64,000 nucleotides of DNA, taken from an uncultured delta proteobacterium. Its GTDB lineage: Bacteria; Desulfobacterota; Desulfobacteria; Desulfobacterales; QNYZ01. The translations under genes were made by a program, and so were the position numbers. The notes beneath the pieces were generated by a model. That model was given only the letters and a program-made list of their open reading frames with translations, did not search any database and was not told where the DNA came from. Shown here piece after piece: positions 61,332 through 64,000 of the stretch (the first letter of the stretch is position 1; each line of letters begins with the position of its first letter). The stretch spans positions 608,001-672,000 of the forward strand of contig CAWJQU010000005.1 of assembly GCA_963845145.1 (NCBI GenBank), in the 5' to 3' direction.

Positions 61332-63461
61332 GTGCCAGATTATCAATCGGGTGATCAATCGGATGATCAATTAGGTGATCCATTAGCGGATGCGGACAAA
61401 GGCAAAAAAATCGCCAGGGAGTCGGAAACCGGCGGACGACTATTATCCGGCAGGGCGGTGACGGTGGTATCCGTCATCGCCATTGCCATGTCCCTGTTTC
61501 AGATGTACACCGGTTTTTTCGGGGAGTTGCCCGGTTCCAAGCAGCTCTCCATCCATCTCACTTTTGCCATCATTTTATGTTTCATCTATTTTCCGATCAC
61601 CCGCAAGGCCCGCCGGGATCGGTTGCCACATTATGATCTCATCCTGGCTGTTATCGGCGGTGCATCAGCCCTTTATCTTTTTATCAATTACGACCATATC
61701 GTCACTTCGGTAGGGGCGGCTGAAAATTACGACCTGATCATCGGCGGGATCTTGATTGTCCTGGTTCTGGAGGCAACCCGGCGCAGTATTTCTCCCATCT
61801 TGCCGATCATCACGATTTTATTTTTGCTTTATGCTTATTTTGGCCCTTATCTGCCCGGTGAGTTGGGACATCGCGGGTTCCGGGTAAAGCGTATTGTTGA
61901 TCATATCTTTATGACCGGCCAGGGACTGTGGGGCGTTCCGCTTCGGGTGTCGGCCACCTTTGTTTTTCTGTTCGTTCTTTTCGGGGCCTTTCTGGAAAGA
62001 ATCGGCGCCGGAAAGTATCTCATTGATCTCTCTTTTGCCTTAATGGGCCGGTTTCGGGGCGGCCCGGCCAAGGCTGCGGTAGTGGCTTCCTGCGCCATGG
62101 GTTCCATTTCGGGATCATCCATCGCCAACACCGTCACCACCGGCGCCATGACGATTCCATTGATGAAGAAGGTCGGTTTCAAATCCTCTACCGCTGGTGC
62201 AGTAGAGGTGGCCGCCTCCACCAATGGCCAGTTAATGCCGCCCATCATGGGAGCGGCGGCCTTTATCATGGCCGAAATTATCGGTGTCCCCTATATCTCA
62301 ATCGTCAAAGCCGCTTTTATTCCGGCCGTGCTCTCCTATGCGGCAATTTTTTCGATTGTCCATCTGGAGGCCGTCAAGGAAAATATTCGGGGACTGACCA
62401 AAGAGGAAATGCCTCCCATGCTGAAGACCATCCTTTCCGGGATGCACTACCTGATACCGCTGGCGTTATTGATCTATCTGCTGCTGGTCATCATGTGGAC
62501 GCCTACCACGGCGGGGGCCTGGTCCATCGTGGCCTGTGCGCTGGTGGCCCTGGGGAATAATCTTTACCGGGAGCGGATAAAATTCCCCAATGCCCCGAAT
62601 GACGAGACCGTCCATCTGGATGCGGCCTACGACGACTATATGGCGCGTCCCTCCGGTTTTTTCATGCGTCGGACATCCAGTGAGCTTCTGGGTGCATTGG
62701 AAAACGGTGCCCGCAATATGGCCGGTATCGCCGCGGCCTGCGCCTGCTGCGGCATCATTATCGGTGTGGTGACCTTAACCGGCCTGGGGTTGAAAATGGC
62801 CATTCTGATTACCGAGGCCGCCGGTGGCAGCCTGTTGCTGACGCTGATATTTTCCGTTTTTGCCTGCATTATTTTGGGTATGGGGTTACCCACCACGGCC
62901 ACCTACATCATCATGGCGTCCATGACCGCACCAGCCATCATGACCATCAGTGCCGATCTCAATTTGGGGCTGCCCATCGTGGCCGTGCATCTGTTTGTGT
63001 TCTATTACGGGATCGTGGCCGATGATACCCCACCGGTGGGTCTTTGCGCCTATGCGGCGGCCGGTATTTCGGGGGCAGACCCCGTTAAAACCGGCTTCAA
63101 AAGCTTTCAGCTTGATTTGGCGGCCTTCACCTTGCCTTTTATGTTTATCTATAACACCAAGCTGTTGATGATCGGCACCACCTGGCAGGAGCTCTTATAC
63201 ATTGTGCCGATCTGTATTATCGGTATGTTCTGCTGGTCGGTCTTCATCCAGGGATATTGGAAAACCCGCACCTACCTCTGGGAACGCTTTGTGTTCCTGG
63301 GGTTGGCCTTTTTATTGGTCAATCCCGGCCATATCACCATTCGCGGTATCCACTTGAATCAGCATTTGGTGAATCTGACGGCCATTGTCATTTTGGTTAT
63401 CATCTATTTCTGGCAAAAATCGAGATCGCAATCAGCTAAGACCGCTACAACCGCCGCCTGA
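61332..63461 (+). CDS. Fused 4TM/12TM TRAP permease (TAXI type)
   Basis: LEATRR; RGGPAKAAV; SGSSIAN; GQLMPPIMGAAAF; GMGLPTT; TPPV. GTG start after GGAGG. Confidence 0.92.
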   Translation: MPDYQSGDQSDDQLGDPLADADKGKKIARESETGGRLLSGRAVTVVSVIAIAMSLFQMYTGFFGELPGSKQLSIHLTFAIILCFIYFPITRKARRDRLPHYDLILAVIGGASALYLFINYDHIVTSVGAAENYDLIIGGILIVLVLEATRRSISPILPIITILFLLYAYFGPYLPGELGHRGFRVKRIVDHIFMTGQGLWGVPLRVSATFVFLFVLFGAFLERIGAGKYLIDLSFALMGRFRGGPAKAAVVASCAMGSISGSSIANTVTTGAMTIPLMKKVGFKSSTAGAVEVAASTNGQLMPPIMGAAAFIMAEIIGVPYISIVKAAFIPAVLSYAAIFSIVHLEAVKENIRGLTKEEMPPMLKTILSGMHYLIPLALLIYLLLVIMWTPTTAGAWSIVACALVALGNNLYRERIKFPNAPNDETVHLDAAYDDYMARPSGFFMRRTSSELLGALENGARNMAGIAAACACCGIIIGVVTLTGLGLKMAILITEAAGGSLLLTLIFSVFACIILGMGLPTTATYIIMASMTAPAIMTISADLNLGLPIVAVHLFVFYYGIVADDTPPVGLCAYAAAGISGADPVKTGFKSFQLDLAAFTLPFMFIYNTKLLMIGTTWQELLYIVPICIIGMFCWSVFIQGYWKTRTYLWERFVFLGLAFLLVNPGHITIRGIHLNQHLVNLTAIVILVIIYFWQKSRSQSAKTATTAA

Positions 63462-63492
63462 CATGCTACTAACTGAATTTGGAACCGGTGCC

Positions 63493-64000
63493 ATGAAAGT
63501 AAAAGCCATCCGCCTCAGCGTGCTTATCGTGGGGTTGCTACTGGCCTTGCTTTTCACTGTGCCGGTTTCCGTGCTGACAGTGAGACTACCGCGAGAGGAT
63601 TTTCGCCTGGTTGAGGCTTTTCGTGTATCAAAGGGAGATCCGCTGGAGCTGGGATACCTTCATTCGGTGGAACGCACGAAAGTGGTGGGGCACTTCGCCA
63701 TCGATGACAACCAAAAGCTTTTAGCCACTGAAACATGGATGATGTCTGTCGGCACCGGGATGCCGAATACAGCGCCGGAACGAACCCGGCGCGAGGGTGA
63801 ATGGATCGTTGTGGACGAAAAAAACCATGTCCTTCCCGATATCCGCTTTTACTATGTATCGATCAATAAAACGGTTTTAAAAGTCGCCGGCCAGCCCCTG
63901 CCCCTTGATGCGGTGCGGTCCGGAAATCTTTTACGGATTGGGGTGGAAACCCCGCTTTTGGTCCGGTGGGTCCGGTGGTTGGTTACCGGCCGTGGGTGGC
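63493..64000 (+). CDS. DUF1850-like protein (runs off the window edge)
   Basis: MKVKAIRLSVLIVGLLLALLF..GYLHSVERT..SVGTGMP. HSV and GxGMP motifs; usual companion of TAXI transporters. Confidence 0.75.
   Translation, partial: MKVKAIRLSVLIVGLLLALLFTVPVSVLTVRLPREDFRLVEAFRVSKGDPLELGYLHSVERTKVVGHFAIDDNQKLLATETWMMSVGTGMPNTAPERTRREGEWIVVDEKNHVLPDIRFYYVSINKTVLKVAGQPLPLDAVRSGNLLRIGVETPLLVRWVRWLVTGRGW

Noticed and set aside
1..64000. tRNA, rRNA, prophage, integrase, transposase or anti-phage defence genes
   Set aside because: None recognised by eye; a covariance-model or HMM scan would be needed to exclude small RNAs.

Overview
This 64 kb window is bacterial and most likely from a Desulfobacterota (deltaproteobacterial) anaerobe; that placement is inferred from gene content, not from a marker gene. 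It is mostly accessory metabolism. Contents in order: (1) a split lysine-ketoglutarate reductase / saccharopine dehydrogenase pair; (2) an orphan 7TM-DISM histidine kinase; (3) a GlpR-controlled glycerol operon in which GlpC is replaced by a membrane NarI-like/CxxCH/4x[4Fe-4S] protein plus an HdrB-like protein, with a second short GlpA paired to an SdhB-like Fe-S protein; (4) a deletion scar of a glycerol ABC transporter; (5) radical SAM-rng; (6) a 54-aa 'cargo-less' PEP-CTERM-like gene, absent from the ORF track, with its own sigma-54 promoter and terminator; (7) a DUF547-gnd-zwf-VTT-pgi cluster; (8) two ECF sigma modules; (9) csp + RRM genes; (10) a gntR-ygeY-TRAP-two PLP enzymes-ygeW operon; (11) moaD-AOR divergent from a Liv-type ABC transporter; (12) a TetR/hydrolase unit with an operator inside a coding sequence; (13) ggt and a TAXI-TRAP transporter. 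There are two palindromic MITE-like elements and a 9-bp tandem repeat. No rRNA, tRNA, CRISPR array or intact transposase was recognised. Many genes at about 20-28 kb, 37-42.6 kb and 47.5-49.3 kb carry frameshifts, probably consensus errors. All family calls come from reading motifs by eye, with no database search.
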